Made by a program: the position numbers and the translations under genes
Notes under the pieces: model-generated
The model's input: the letters and a program-made list of their open reading frames with translations, nothing else
Told to the model about the DNA's origin: nothing
Database searches by the model: none
In this document: positions 36,136-49,510 of the stretch, one piece after another
Position numbering within the stretch: the first letter of the stretch is position 1
How the letters are laid out: the number at the start of each line of letters is the position of its first letter
Assembly (NCBI GenBank): GCA_964187785.1
Contig: OZ076409.1
Coordinates: forward strand, 99,822,001-99,886,000
DNA from: Amphiscolops sp. MND2022
Lineage: Eukaryota
Direction: 5' to 3'
Length of the DNA stretch: 64,000 nucleotides

Positions 36136-37237
36136 GAAACAAAGTTTCGCGTTAAGATGGCGTTGAAAATGATACTATTGACGCAAATAGCACGCTGAAT
36201 TTGACGCTGGTTTGCGCTTCATATCGGGAATGGAGTTAATTCACGTGAAAATGACGGTAAAATTGATATCATCTTTGTTGCATTCAAAAGCAGAACTGTT
36301 TCTCAGTGAAATTGGCAAAACCTGAAGGCTTGAAATTGCTGCCAAATTAAGGGTGATTCTTTGAAGCAGCTTGAAAGAAGTTCTAATGTATCAGGAAAAA
36401 TTTTTCCATAAAGTTTCTATGAGTTTCAAAGAAAATCATAATAAAAGTTGGTGGAAACTTTGAAGAACATGTAAAAAATTCCAGCAATTTTAACAAGGAT
36501 ACGTAAGATGATCAACTATGGTGGTAAAACGTGGTCCATCGGTAAGCATCGGTGAGAAAAGTTTTCAAAATGGCCGAAATTGTTTCCAATCATGGCCATG
36601 GATGGTCTAAGGGGATTCACGTGGGGAGTCAATACGGGTTAACTTTTTTGTATCTAAGGTATTCGCAATTATTATTTACAAAATTGTAATTGCACATAGC
36701 TGAAGAAAATTTTCAAATGTGTTTTTAAAATGAAGGCAGGGGTGTTCAATATTTTATTCGAATTTTATTGCCTGAAAACAAATTTTCATTTTCTCGGTGG
36801 AAAAAAATAAATAATCTTATTCTGTTTTTGCTGGCCATTATTTTTATTCTCAGCGAAAAACGTTTATCAACAAAAACTCCAATTAGCCATCCAAACGGGA
36901 AAAAACGAAACAAAATGAAGCCAAAATGAACCAAAAACACCCAGGTCAAAATATAAAATTGCTTCAATTTTCATGCAAGATTGATAGTATATCATTTCAG
37001 TCCTATAAGAGTTCAGGGCCGAGGAAACATTGGTACTAAGCGGGGCTCTTTCGGCGTCTTTCCTCAGAAATTGGATTTTGACATCCTCGATTGATGAAAA
37101 AGCACTCTATAGACATTTCTTGAATAATTTCACATTTTTGAGAACTTCAGTGTTAACCATGTAAAACGCGAACGGTCTTATTTTGAAATGCTTCTGAACG
37201 GTGTCTTGGAAGTTAACAATAAGTAAATCTACTCAAC

Positions 37238-37636
37238 GGGAGCGGGACAAAACAACCGATTTTCAAAATAGGACAAAACAGACCATTTTAAAACAGCACA
37301 AAGTCGCTGATTGGTAAAAGTAAAAAATCGCCGATTTTGTCAATGCGTAAGATTAGCAGTCAATAAAATTATTATCATAACGTAGTCAGCTATGTTCACA
37401 TACCCCTAGTGCCCTGAATGCAGGAGCGAAGCGAAGCGGAGCGACGTGCCATATGGCCATGCCTCAATTTTGCTACTTGGCGAAGGGAGCGAAGCGACCG
37501 AGCCATACAACAAATATGAACCTCTTCAAATGAATCAAGATCCATGCATATTGGCTGTAACAGCACTCATTTTGTTCCGTTTTAGAAATCGGCTGTTTTG
37601 TCTCGTTTTAAAATGGGCTGTTTTGTCCCGCATCCC
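37238..37636. mobile_element. MITE with 8-9-bp TSD
   Basis: GGGA(T)GCGGGACAAAAC termini with repeated GACAAAAC subunits; TSD (C)TACTCAAC at 37229-37237 and 37636-37644. Confidence 0.8.
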
Positions 37637-39096
37637 TACTCAACACAGTGTGTAACCGCTTTTCTTTCTGAAACCTTGAACTGGGAATAAAGATAAGCAC
37701 TTGTTTTTGTAGCATACAAAGCCGGGATCAGTGATTTAGTAATTGAAATTTTTACCTAAAATGATGCTTGTCTTGACAGTTTTCGACTGTTAGAAACCAT
37801 TGTTGAAATTGCGCTAGCGTTTTGTATAATCGTCAAGATTACCAACAACTTTTAATATGATTTTCCAAAATTCTTTCAGAAACTTTTATGTGGGAATAAC
37901 CCCCTGTAGTACTCGACATTTACCGAGCTGCTTGAAAGAAGTATCCAAAATATGACGGTCAATGTAAGACTTGAAATTTTGCAGGTTTCATAAAGAAACA
38001 GTTCTGTTTTCAAACGCAAATACGAGTATTTCAGTTTTACCGCCATTTTGAGGCGATTTGACTCCATTTCCAATATGAAGTGCAAATCAGCGTCATTCGC
38101 AGAACGCTATTTGCGAAGCTGTGATTACATCAAATGAGTAGTCGGGAAATCAAGTTTGAAAGTTCGAATACAACGTGATCGTGTCAAAAACGAAGTAGAA
38201 ATTAGTTACGATTTTAAATTCGTTTTTCTAAAATTTTACACAGCAGTGTATTCCTTCAAGATTCGTCACCGGAACTTTGCTGATTTTTTTATGTTTCGTG
38301 GAACAAACTACCATGCATAAACCTGCAGCATGTAAAAAGTTCCTGCAGTTTAGATTTGATCATGCAATTATGCAAGATCGGGAATGTAAAACTTGTTGAA
38401 AAAAATATTAGTTTTGTTACTGCGGTCATGAGCAACAATAAATAAATTTATTGTCCAATAATGTGTGGTAGAAAAGTATATTACTCGAACAAAGAGTTTA
38501 CTTATACACTTTTTGGGGATCTCTTTCACTACGTCCCTTACAACAAAAAGGGGGAACAAAGTGAAACACTATTAAATACATGTATTGCTTATTTTAATAG
38601 CGCAGGTCTGTTCTCATTCAACAACGCTTCTGATTAGCTGAGTGGGTATTTTGATAATAATTTTGATTTTTGGTTACAAACAAGAAAATCCATTTTCAAA
38701 ATGAACAAGTAGAGTTCTTTTTCAATAGTCCCGAATTAGCTGGATACATGCTTCAATAACAAAACCAACCATTGCAGGTAATAACACTTATTGTATGGAT
38801 TTTCCAACGCGTCTAGGAACTGCAACTACTCAATTGGTTAATACCCTAAATTGAATATCAAAGTACAATGACATGAAAAACAAACACCATTAACAAAAAA
38901 TAAACGCACTGTATTGTACAAAATGAAAAACAAACATTTTTCTTTAATTATTGTCAATGTATTCAATTAAATTATTTCTTCTCTGTCTGTGAATATAAAC
39001 ACATTCTTTTTTCTTGAGAATCCAAGACGCTAGGAAACTTCACCACATTAAAGATTGGCTTTAGCCAAACGTTTAAAAAATGCTTCTCAACAAACA

Positions 39097-39611
39097 CAGT
39101 GTAAAAACTCATGCGACTCTGGATAAGAATCTTGGATATTCCTGGATTTCTTGTTAAGAATCTTGCCAAGATTCTTATCAAGAAATACAGGAATTTGCAA
39201 GAATTTGCCAAGAAATTCAAGAGATGAACTGACAAAAGTGAATGAAAACAAACGAAAATCGACGCCAACAGCAGCTTGATCAGCGTACCTATTATGGCGC
39301 AGCTTTTCGCGCTACCAACCAAACTATCCCATTCTGAAATTCACTACATTGTGTTGTTCTATATCCAATACTTCAGAGAATGATAGTGTAGCTGGTAGTG
39401 CGAAGACCAGCAAAGTACTTGTAAACAAAATTGCTGTTTGTTTTACAATATATTCATTCTCTTGACACTCTTGATACGTCTCTTACCAAAAATACCATCA
39501 AGAACTTCAAGAGGTTTGTGTCAAGCAGGAATAAACAAGATCTTATCAAGACTCTCAGGAATAAACAAAAATATGTAAGAATATGCAAGAGTTTCAAGAG
39601 TTTTTACACTA
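39097..39611. mobile_element. Old MITE-like element
   Basis: Inverted termini AGTGTAAAAACTC...GAGTTTTTACACT with TCTTG/CAAGA-rich arms; no clear TSD. Confidence 0.5.
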
Positions 39612-39789
39612 GGAATATTTTCCCGAACTTAACATTTTTTGGTTGTAAGCGAAGTAGAGAATATACTGGAAACTGTTGATGAAATTGTTAAATCAAGCTT
39701 TGTTTAGAAGGCAAAGTGAGCATAAACCCATCGTTAGTCTGGGTGTATCCTTTTATAACAGTCGTAATTTGACGAATGAAGTGAAACCC

Positions 39790-40280
39790 TGGTTGGATCT
39801 GATTGAATTTTTCACAAGTTGTTGTAGGTTAAAAAGTTAATTTTTCATTACTTTATAAAATTCTCAAGGAAACGTCCATGCATTGAAACTTCACTGATGC
39901 AATTTGAATTTATCAAGCTGCCTATACGATGCATCCTAAATTTGGCGGCAATTCGGAGCCGCGAAGTTTTGCAGGTTTCATGAAGACGACGTTCTAATTT
40001 TAAGACCTTCATCAATTTTACCGCGGTTTCAGTGCAAATAATTTTCAGTAACATTATAGGTTCCAAAGTAGCGTCATATTCAGCGTGCTACTTGACTAAC
40101 AGTGATTACATAAGGTACGCACTTGAAGAACTTACGTGTGAAAACAAAGTGATCGCGGTTGTGAAGAAGTGGAAATAATTTTAGTTTTAACTCATATAGT
40201 GAAAGCTGCATTATAATACAAAATTCTATATTTTATCAAATATTAGCCTGCATTTTATTCATGTGCTTAAAAAATTTTAC
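39790..40280 (-). repeat. Abundant old dispersed repeat (representative copy)
   Basis: Core GAAACCTGCAAAA..AATTGCCGCCAAATTTAGGATGCAT..GCTTGATAAAATT; diverged copies at about 5700-6460, 9400-9900, 12600-13620, 27290-27580, 36150-36500 and 37830-38300. Confidence 0.8.
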
Positions 40281-42299
40281 GGCATTCTCAACTAGGGAAG
40301 ATATTGACAGAAACAAGACGACCGCTATGCACCGGGATATTTTCCACCTTCAATAGACGCTTACTCCAAAATTTACCTCCTCCTTGGAAAAAGGCAATAT
40401 AGTTCGGATATAAAGTCAAAAACTCGAAAATAGCGCAATATTTTTGAACCTTTGCTTCCTCCTTAGTAAAACGCAATTTACTTCGTATATAACGTTACAA
40501 GTTGGGATAAAGCGTGCTGGGACAAATGGCGGCTATTTTTCTAAGCACCAGGATAATAAATAAAAAGTGGATATTTGGCAAAAGTTGGAAAAAAAGTCAA
40601 CACAGGTTATGTATGATTTCCCTCCTCCATACACAAATAAATTTGTGGGGGCGGAAAATAACCAGGAATTACAACGTTTCACTTGTTTAAACAACTACGT
40701 TTACGAACATTAATCACTAATTTACTTAGAGTACTTATAAGTATTGAATTATATATTCTTCTAATTTTGTATACTTACCATTGTTACGAATGTTGCTTTG
40801 TCCGTAGAAACTTTGTAATTTCAGAAATGTAACATTGTTTCAAAATTGTGAAAATATTCCGGCTCAAAAAGTAGTTGTTAAAAATTTTGAGCATAGAATT
40901 TTGGAAACAAAAAATAGAACTTGAAATTGTCGTTATACTAAATGCATTAATTTGGCTTCTACGGCAGATATATGGAACGTAACAGAATGGAATGATTAAC
41001 GGCGAAATACAACAATAGTTAAACTCCGGAGAATTCTGATAGCTTTTTTCTCATAATCACTAATCACTTGAGCTTTTCAGCCACACTAGACGATCTGACA
41101 GCAAAGAGAATTTGGAAAAAATAATCTACACTTTCGATTGAGGTCAAGCATTGTTCAAAAACAGACTTCATTTGATCCATTTTGAGCGTTTTATGGATTT
41201 TGTCAGCATTTTGCCGCATTAGTGAATGACCATTATATTTTCCAGCAAGGTGGATGGTTTTGCGGTCATTGATTTCAAAGATTGGTTTGTAAATTTGACC
41301 AGTTTCCGAAAACTATAAAAAGAAACAGAGAACCGAAACGTGCGCAATGTGAAAAAATATGATAGGGGTTCATCTTCTAATTCAATTTGGGTTTGGATCG
41401 ACCATTGATTTATAACGAATTGGTTGCAAAATGAAACTTGAGGTTTCGCCATTTTTTGAGAAAAAAACAGGGTTTTAGTTTCATATTCAGTTTTACCTGA
41501 TACCAAAAGAACTATTCAACATAAAAATCAAGAACAAAATTTTTGTGTTTGCATTAATTTTTTTTTCATCATCTCGGAAGAAGAAAAATGTTATGCTTTC
41601 ACAAGAAAAAGCAAACAAATATATTTTTAACCAAATCTAAAACTTTTGTAATTACAAGCCATTATGTTTCACCAAAACCGCGAAGTCTGGAGAAAAATTA
41701 GAGAAGCTCAAATTGATAGGTCCACTTACGGAGACTAGTGGAGAAACTCTATTCAGTTTAGTAAAAACAAAACAGCCAATCAAAATTCACTTCAATGATC
41801 ATTTTTGCGGATGAAAATCGAATCCCCAAACTCATGAACAAAACACTGCATGGGTTTGAAGTTTCGTTCTGTCGGAAAGATTTTAGAAATTCGACTCAAT
41901 TCAAATCTAACGCATTTTATGGGTTAGAAAATTAATTGCGATAAACAACCAATAGCGTTTGCAGAATTCAATTCAAAAACGTGAAAACTTTCCAAGAAAA
42001 ACTTGAAAAATCTCCACCGATACGTTTGGTATTCTTGTCAATTCCAGACAATTGTCTAGCTAAAGGTCATTGATATTAGACGATCAGTCTGCATTCGACA
42101 GAAAGTTGTAGACAAACAACCGGTACCAATGCCAAAGGCCATTCAGAATTAACAGATTCAGAAATGCTATTTATAGTGATATAAAGAATCATCTTCATTC
42201 TGCATATCAATGATTTCAACAAGACGTTACCAAATGGCAAAGAAATCAAGATCTACCAGTTTACCATACTGCTTTCAGCAGCAGTTCCCTTTTAAAACT

Positions 42300-42763
42300 A
42301 ACAAGACGGGATCGTCTCAAGTCGGCGCCATATCTAGGGCTCAAATAAAATCGAAGGGGGACCCTTTGGAGACAAAAAAATCGAAAAAAAGTCGCAAAGT
42401 GCCAAAAAAACTGAAAGGGGGGACCCTTTACATTCATCCGAGTTTGTAGGCTATGTTTAAAAAGTAAAAACCAACAAAGGGGGCCCTTTGGAAACAAAAA
42501 AAAGTTTCGGAAAAAGCAGAACAGTGCCGAAAAAAAATCGAAAGGGGGAACCCTTTAGTCCCGTCCGGAATTGTAGGCTACGTTTAAAAAGTAAAAAACC
42601 AAAGGGGACCCTTTGGAATAACTTAGATGCGTTTCCCGGGTATTCGTTTAGTTTCCTTTAGTTGAACGTTAACGTTTGTCGCTTCGAGTCTGTCTTAAAA
42701 AAGAAGAAAAACGAGTGACTGTAAATGTCGGGCTCTTTTCTTGATAAAAGCGCCGACTAAAAA
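42300..42763 (-). mobile_element. HINE-like element
   Basis: Same AGTCGGCGCCATATCTA / AAAAGCGCCGACTAAAAA termini and GGGGACCCTTT internal repeats as 5809-6267. Confidence 0.6.
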
Positions 42764-43690
42764 CAAAACTTTTTACTCACCAACTACAGACCTTGAAAAC
42801 TTGCTACCGGAGGCATATTTTTTATTGTAGAACAACCGCCCTTAGCGGCGACAAGTTGTGCACAACGAATGATTGGATAAAAAGACCGCACACAAAGTAG
42901 TACGGAAACTTTGGCATCAAACTAGGATATATGGATTAATTAAAAAACAGAGAAAAAAGGAAATGAAGAATATTTTCTGCGTATTTCAAAAAACCGTTCT
43001 GATATTTTGTCCAGAACTTGCAATCAATGTGCACGATATTAGGAAAAATGCAATTTATACGGCACTTTTTTTGCAAAAAAAAACAAAGTTTTAAACTTGT
43101 TCAAAAAAAAGAAAAACACGGAAGACGAGTTGATTAAATTACAACAGAATGAAATGTTTTCGAAATAAAAACAGAACCTTCGACAATGAAACTGTCTCGA
43201 AATAAATTCAGCAAACCAATTGCTTCAAACGATTTCATGGACTACATGGACTATGCCGATAAACATCAGGTAGAAAAACAAAAAAACCTGCTTTGTAAGC
43301 AAAAAAACTGCGTTTTCACGGATGTTGGTCGAAGCACAAAAAGTTTCAATGATTCGGCTCCAAAATCTTTGTTGCATATCGATCACAAAACGAGCAGATT
43401 TTCTAAACGTGAGATAGATACTAGGAAAGAGACAGTAAGACGAACCCCAAAGTCAATCATAACAGCTAAAATGTTTCAAAAATGTCGATCTTTGAAATAT
43501 TCTTTGCCAAATGTAAAAGTTGTTTTTGCCAAAAAAAGCTATGTGATCTAACTCACTCGGCAAAATTTCGTCACAAAATGGAGAATGTAAAGACCTGTCA
43601 AGATGCCACATTTATGAAGCCAGCAAAACATGGCTGTTGGGAATATCAAGCGGACAAGAAGAAACAATAATTTGAAGGAAAACGAATATA

Positions 43691-44401
43691 TGTAACGGCA
43701 ACTGCCCATGTCAAAATTTTCGAAGCAAAAATTCGTTCAAATCTGACGTGGCACTCAAACATGCTCCAGACGAAAGACCTGTCAGAAAAGCATATCAGAA
43801 AAGCAGAAATCGCCCCCCGCGAAAGGAGACGACAAAAAAGACGTAGAAATCAGTCTCTAGAACACGGTGATGTGCCCATCTTCGGAATTAACACTACATA
43901 GGTAGCAGAAACCGGTGTTCCGGATGCTCGCCTGAAGATCCTGCGGTGTCCTGTGCGGTGACGAGCGCTAGCGCTGGGAAGCCATGGTCGATTCCTGTCA
44001 AATAACTCAAACTTCTGATATTATTATGCTTGTTGTGCTTTCTTTATTGTAGTAGATTGATATGCTCGAGAGCTGCCCATTTAACATCTATAGTTACCCA
44101 TTTTGATGTCGATTTTATCAGATTCTCCAATACTATGGCTCAACATTCTCCTGTTTTCAGCCCCCTTTTTGAAGGCTAATTGAGCAGTGGTCTTGAGACA
44201 TGCAAGATGCCCGTTACTTTTAGCAGTTACAGACTAGGACCAGGCCAGAGAGTTTCCAACAAGACGGTTCCCCCACCTTGGGACTGGCTCCTTCGGAGGG
44301 AAAATGAGCTAGGGCCGCGGAGATCTAAGTCCCAGATTATATTCGCTGTTCTAGTTCCTCCACTCTACGTTGCGGTTCAAGCGCCAGCGCTTATCGTTAC
44401 A
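43691..44401 (+). repeat. 5' LTR of element B
   Basis: TGTAACG...CGTTACA; no differences from 61862-62572 seen by eye. Confidence 0.95.
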
Positions 44402-44416
44402 TAGAAACTCATTTTT

Positions 44417-44433
44417 TGGCGACCACAGAGGGA
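44417..44433 (+). promoter_or_regulatory. Primer binding site of element B (tRNA-Arg-like)
   Basis: TGGCGACCACAGAGGGA resembles the complement of the metazoan tRNA-Arg(TCG) 3' end (TGGCGACCACGAAGGGA, recalled); 15 nt downstream of the LTR. Confidence 0.7.
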
Positions 44434-47107
44434 TCGGCTTGGGAAGCTTTCCCGAGCGGTTTTTAAAAGATCTGGCCCCCTGGTGATCAGCGCCAAGCCC
44501 GTTTCGACTCTGGAAAAGAAGAGAGAAGCAGAGTTTTACCTTTTTTTAGTCGTGCGACATTCTACTGGAACTGGGAGAGGCGTTGAACCAGAGAAAACCC
44601 GAAAAAATCACATTTTCAGGTGCGAAAATGGCATTTTTAGGTGTTTTGGAAGGAAATCGGTATTTTTGTGTGATGTGTTGTGTGCCCATCAGCGGGTATC
44701 TTTTTGCAGGTGCAGAAGACCGTAGCACGTGGCTACGGGTGTTTAACAGGTTTTGCAAGCTATTTTCAGCCATTTTATGCCATGCAAGAAGGTAACTGGT
44801 AGATGGCTGACCATGAACCAGCGAGGCGAAGGGGAAGTCAAATTGTGTGTTGCCTACTTTCTACTCCCATTTCTCGTGGAGACGTCCTAGAGGTATGATT
44901 TTTGGTGGACAGCAAGTGCAATTGCAGACGATGCTAATGGTCCAAACCGCGTGTCTCTATCTGGTCTGGATGTGGAGAAAAAGCGTGGTGAAGATGCACC
45001 CCCTGTGACCGGACGCGTCGCTCAAATGGCTCATGGTCGGTGAAAAATTTGAAAATGCACCTTTTTCGACGGGGAATCGTTGGTGCAGGTCAGTAATGTT
45101 TTGTTGTAGATGTAACGACACCCTACGAAGTGCTTTTCTGCAAAAAAGATAGCACTTGCGTGAGAAAACCCTAATTTTGCCTTTTTTTGGTGTTTTTCGT
45201 GGTTTTGAGCACTTGTGCTCAGCGGAACCAGGAAAACTTTGTGAAAAGTGTTGCAAAAAGCAGCTGCAAGGCTCGAGAAAGCTGGTGCGAGGCACAGAAG
45301 GCAGTAATTTTGCCTTTGGTTGTGATAAAAGTGCCGATTTAGCACCAGAAAATTGCAAAAAAATGGAATTTTGACCAAAAAGGCACCCAAAAACACAGGC
45401 GTACACTTGTGTAGAAGTGTGAAAAAGCAGTGTACGGTGTTTTTTCAAGCGTAGCAAACCCACAGGACACTAACTGCTACTTTTGCAGCGGATTCAGGCA
45501 GCCTGGGGCTGACACGGTGCAAAAAACCTGTAATTTGAGGCGTTTTCAGGCATAGAAAGTGCATTGTCTGAAAGTCTTGAGAGCGAAGCTTAGTGGAACA
45601 GAGCGAGTCTGAACGCTCTTCTTTTCTGTTTTTGCAATAAAAGTAGCGCATTGTGGTGAAAACCGCGTGCAAAAATTCTCTTTTAGCGTCGAGAAAAGTT
45701 GAAAAACCTTGAATTTTAGTTAGTTTCAGGAGTGTCCGAGCACACAATAAAAACCCCATGGGCACTCTGTCTTTTTGTTAGCCAGGAGCTTTTGTGCTCT
45801 CATTTTCTGTTTTTATAGTAAAAATACCGCATTGTGGTGAAAACCGCGTGCAAAAATTCCTTTTCAGTGCTGAGAAAAGTGGAAAAACGCACTGAATTTG
45901 ATCAATTTTCCACAAAATCGGACTGTCTCTGAGTTAGGGTCGGGTCATCGATTCCTGAACCCTAGCCAAAGAGTGGTTGCATTTTCGTAACCACCACAAA
46001 AATTAACGTTAGTGCCGAAAATTTGGTGGGCGTGTCGTTCACCAAAGTCGAGAAAAGCTCTCTGACGTTTCGACCTCAGAGAAGCGTAAAAGGACCAAAA
46101 AAATCCAAAACTGCAGGACCGTCAGTGCCTTATATCTAACGGGCATAACCAATTGAGCGTTTATCCCAGTGCTACGGATAGTGGGGCAACACGTTGGTCC
46201 CATTTTGCCCGCCGTATCACTTTCTGAGGTGATCCTCTTGGTCAATTTGTGAAAAAAGTAGTCAAAAACAGTATTTTTTCGTGTGTAACGTCCAGACCGG
46301 GTCGAAACCTCAAATAAGCGCTTGCGCTTCAATTCGACCATATCAGGGGCATTGTAGGTGCCCACTGGCATAAACTACCAAGTTTGGTGCCGATTTGTGT
46401 GATACTTGTTGAGAAAATAGGAAAAACGTGGCACCCAAAAAGGTGTGCAAAAAGGCAGTTTTTTCTTAATTTTTCCGAGTAACCCGGGCACCTTAGCTGG
46501 CGGGTGGGGTTATACTGCAGCCCACCATTGTAACCTGTGCTAGTTCCTGCGTTGCTGCAGAAAATTTGAGCTTACTAGCTTTTTCCAGTGTACCGCAATC
46601 TTGAAAAAGACGTGAAAAACAGCGTATTTGGGTACATAGTGGTACCGCACGTCTGTACCTAGGTGAAATTGTCTAGAAGGGGCGCAGCTCAAAACTGTGT
46701 TCACTGTCGCAAACCTAGGTGTACCTAAGATCCGCTGGTCAATTTAGAGCTTGATACGGCGTTTCCAGTGCACACACGAGCCTCTTGAGTGTTGCTGCGC
46801 GATTTTCGGAAAACCCAAAAATTCTTTGAAATTCTTCCTGTAAACGACTGGAGACTTTTGGCCCCAAACCAGGTTGATTTTCTGGCCCAGTGTGCTGGTG
46901 GGAAAGCGCTGTGCGAATTTGAGCAGCCTACGAGCCTTAAAACGCATTTCGAGAAATTTGGGACATTGTGAAGCAGTAATTTTCTTAAGTCCACACCGAG
47001 ACGAGCCTAGAGCTAACAGCGACTCGACAAATCCCGCGTCCTTCGAGATCTCATTAAAGGCGGCGCCCGAGTTATTGACACTTGCTCTGCTATTGGTATC
47101 GTACGTA

Positions 47108-49510
47108 ATGGTCCTACCAGGCCTGGAAAGGCTTGACATGAGTTCGCAGTCATGGGTGACTATGGGATCCACAATGGACAGTTCGCATTTTTCAGACGAA
47201 ATGTCTGACGAAGTCACTATCGAGCAACAACGCAAAGAGGAGTTGGCCGCCATGGTCCCTCCCTCTGAGGGTTCCGTTGCATCTGGAAGCTCTCGTCGAA
47301 CCGAGCAATGGGTCGATGAAACCTGGCGTGAAAGAACCAATGAAGCAGAAGAGGAGTGGCCCAACTCAAACATGACCAACGAACCTGCAGCTGAGGAAGG
47401 GTGCTCTCGCGCACCCCTGGGAGAGAAGACGAGCTCCCGCCTACAGATCATGGTGGACGAAGATCTTACCTACACGGGGAACACGAGTTATGCGAGACCG
47501 CAGGGGTCTGGAGTCACTCGAGGTAGCACTCGAGTTTGTGCCTATGGCAAACACAAGAGAGTGCGACCACCCATGATGAATGTAGGTGAACGTCAGTTTG
47601 AGGCGCCTCGTACGAGGAGCGTGGCAGGTTCAGTGGCGTCATCCCAACGATCTTCGGTGTATAAAGCCGCAATATTGGACGCCCAAGCTGAGACCCAACG
47701 TGCCTTAGCTGAACTGGCCAGCACTCGTGCTGGGTGCAATGATCAACATTGTGCCATCGCAGAAAATATGAGAACGTTGCAGACAACGATGCGAGAAGGA
47801 TTGCAGGTCAGTGATCAACTGCGAACCGCGCAGAATACGCAGAGCGCTCGCGTGGATGCACTAGGCCACAGAATGGGTGAGATGAATGACCTTTTAATCA
47901 TGATGGCCCGTGAACTTCGTGTGGAAACCCAGATCAATGATTTGAGTAACCAAATGCACACTGTGCTCAACGCTATCAACATCATGAGGCGCGAGAGGTC
48001 CCTCCCACGACAATCTGGTGCCGGTGAAGGTGTACCAGTCGCGGATTCAACTAAGATTCCGGAATCGTCGCACCTGGGTCGGGCAACGAAACCCGAGCTG
48101 GCGAGTGCATTGAAGCCTAGCACTTCCAAGTCGACGGCGCCTGAAACCCGAATCAGGGACCCCGTACTCATCATGGCTGATGTGGAGCGTAAACCTGCAC
48201 GGGTGCAGGTGAGAGGGCCCCACGACTCCTCTTCGATGAGTCAAATAACCTCCTCCGTAGTTCGAAGTACCACCCGAGACCAAGGTGTGGACCCAATGTC
48301 ACCTATCTATCTAGATTCTTCTACTGAAGTTGATTTATCCTGTACCAAGGCCACACTGGGGTCCCAGACTGATAGAGCTGCGTATGCGACGGCCCCTACC
48401 ATGGCTTCTGGAACGGACTCCCTGTATCTGACCGCCGACTGGACAGCCGAGGACGGAATGCCCTCGGGCGCTCCTTGTGAGAGTAGCACTCGCAAGAAAG
48501 AAGACATAACGGACCTCTCAGTACGAGCCACACATGGCAGTGACGACGGTACCGACAAAGTGGCACCCAAGGAAGGAGAGGCTGAGGTCATCTCTCCCGA
48601 GCAGCTGAGATTCACTGCCGCCATTTCCAAAGCGATGTCCAAAGAACTAGCACCATTGCTTGCGGGACGTGACCTGGCTCAAACCAAACCCAGTGTGTAT
48701 CGCGGCTCTAAGGACGGGTCTATTGATGGCTGGATCTTGGTGATGCAGCGATATTTGAAAAGAGTCCAAACCAAAGTCTCGGCCGAAGATCGGGCCTGGA
48801 GCATTATTGGTCATCTCGAGGGTGAGGCTCGCAACTACATCATCAACAAGGCTGAGTCTGAACGTGACACCCCCGAGAAGGTATTCGAATTGCTATCTAG
48901 CCGATTTGGCGCGGGAGGAAATCGTATGCAGGTGCGGCAGACTTTCCAAAGCCGCGTCCAACAAGAAAAAGAGGACTGGATGCAGTACTTAGACGCTCTA
49001 GAGGGTCTCAGGAGCCAAGGATTCCCGCAAGAAAGTATCATTACCAAGCGCTATGAAATCTTGCAGCGCTTCATGGAAGGTGTGCGAGATCCAGTATTGA
49101 GGCGTGAACTTGCCATAGTATACGCCTCGGAGACTTTTCTTACCGAACCCCCTACCGTAGAGTCCTTGCGATTCACCACGCGTCAGCTGCAACGAAATCG
49201 TCCCAGACCTACCCAAACTCAACAACCCTATGATCCCAGACTAGCTATGAGGTCTAGACCTCATCCCTTCGTACCACTGCCGCCGAATAAGATGGTCATG
49301 CCGCAGGGCGTCTTGCCACCTTCGGCGCCCCCCCCCAAATGCCCCAGCTCCCGCTGTCCTAGCTCCCGCCCGAGCGCCGGCAGGTGCTTGTTTTCACTGT
49401 GGGCAAAACGGACATTTTGCTCGCGAATGCCCCAACCGCGACCAAGCCCGAAAACCAGTGACTGCCTCCGAACCAGAGGGCGTAAAGGTCACCACGGAAG
49501 ACGCGACTGA
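47108..49510 (+). CDS. gag: Gag of element B, frameshifted just before the zinc knuckle
   Basis: Coiled coil, then capsid-like region (YRGSKDGSIDGWI..LEGEARNY..F.SRVQQEKE); the knuckle CFHCGQNGHFAREC (~49389-49430) is in the next frame after a C9 run at 49328-49336. Confidence 0.85.
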   Translation: MVLPGLERLDMSSQSWVTMGSTMDSSHFSDEMSDEVTIEQQRKEELAAMVPPSEGSVASGSSRRTEQWVDETWRERTNEAEEEWPNSNMTNEPAAEEGCSRAPLGEKTSSRLQIMVDEDLTYTGNTSYARPQGSGVTRGSTRVCAYGKHKRVRPPMMNVGERQFEAPRTRSVAGSVASSQRSSVYKAAILDAQAETQRALAELASTRAGCNDQHCAIAENMRTLQTTMREGLQVSDQLRTAQNTQSARVDALGHRMGEMNDLLIMMARELRVETQINDLSNQMHTVLNAINIMRRERSLPRQSGAGEGVPVADSTKIPESSHLGRATKPELASALKPSTSKSTAPETRIRDPVLIMADVERKPARVQVRGPHDSSSMSQITSSVVRSTTRDQGVDPMSPIYLDSSTEVDLSCTKATLGSQTDRAAYATAPTMASGTDSLYLTADWTAEDGMPSGAPCESSTRKKEDITDLSVRATHGSDDGTDKVAPKEGEAEVISPEQLRFTAAISKAMSKELAPLLAGRDLAQTKPSVYRGSKDGSIDGWILVMQRYLKRVQTKVSAEDRAWSIIGHLEGEARNYIINKAESERDTPEKVFELLSSRFGAGGNRMQVRQTFQSRVQQEKEDWMQYLDALEGLRSQGFPQESIITKRYEILQRFMEGVRDPVLRRELAIVYASETFLTEPPTVESLRFTTRQLQRNRPRPTQTQQPYDPRLAMRSRPHPFVPLPPNKMVMPQGVLPPSAPPPKCPSSRCPSSRPSAGRCLFSLWAKRTFCSRMPQPRPSPKTSDCLRTRGRKGHHGRRD

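Noticed and set aside
42800..43690. Short Lys-rich ORFs before element B
   Set aside because: Possibly decayed coding DNA, but no motif could be recognised.
46874..47107. TTG-initiated N-terminal extension of gag B
   Set aside because: Non-ATG start from the ORF caller; the first ATGs are at 47108 and 47138.
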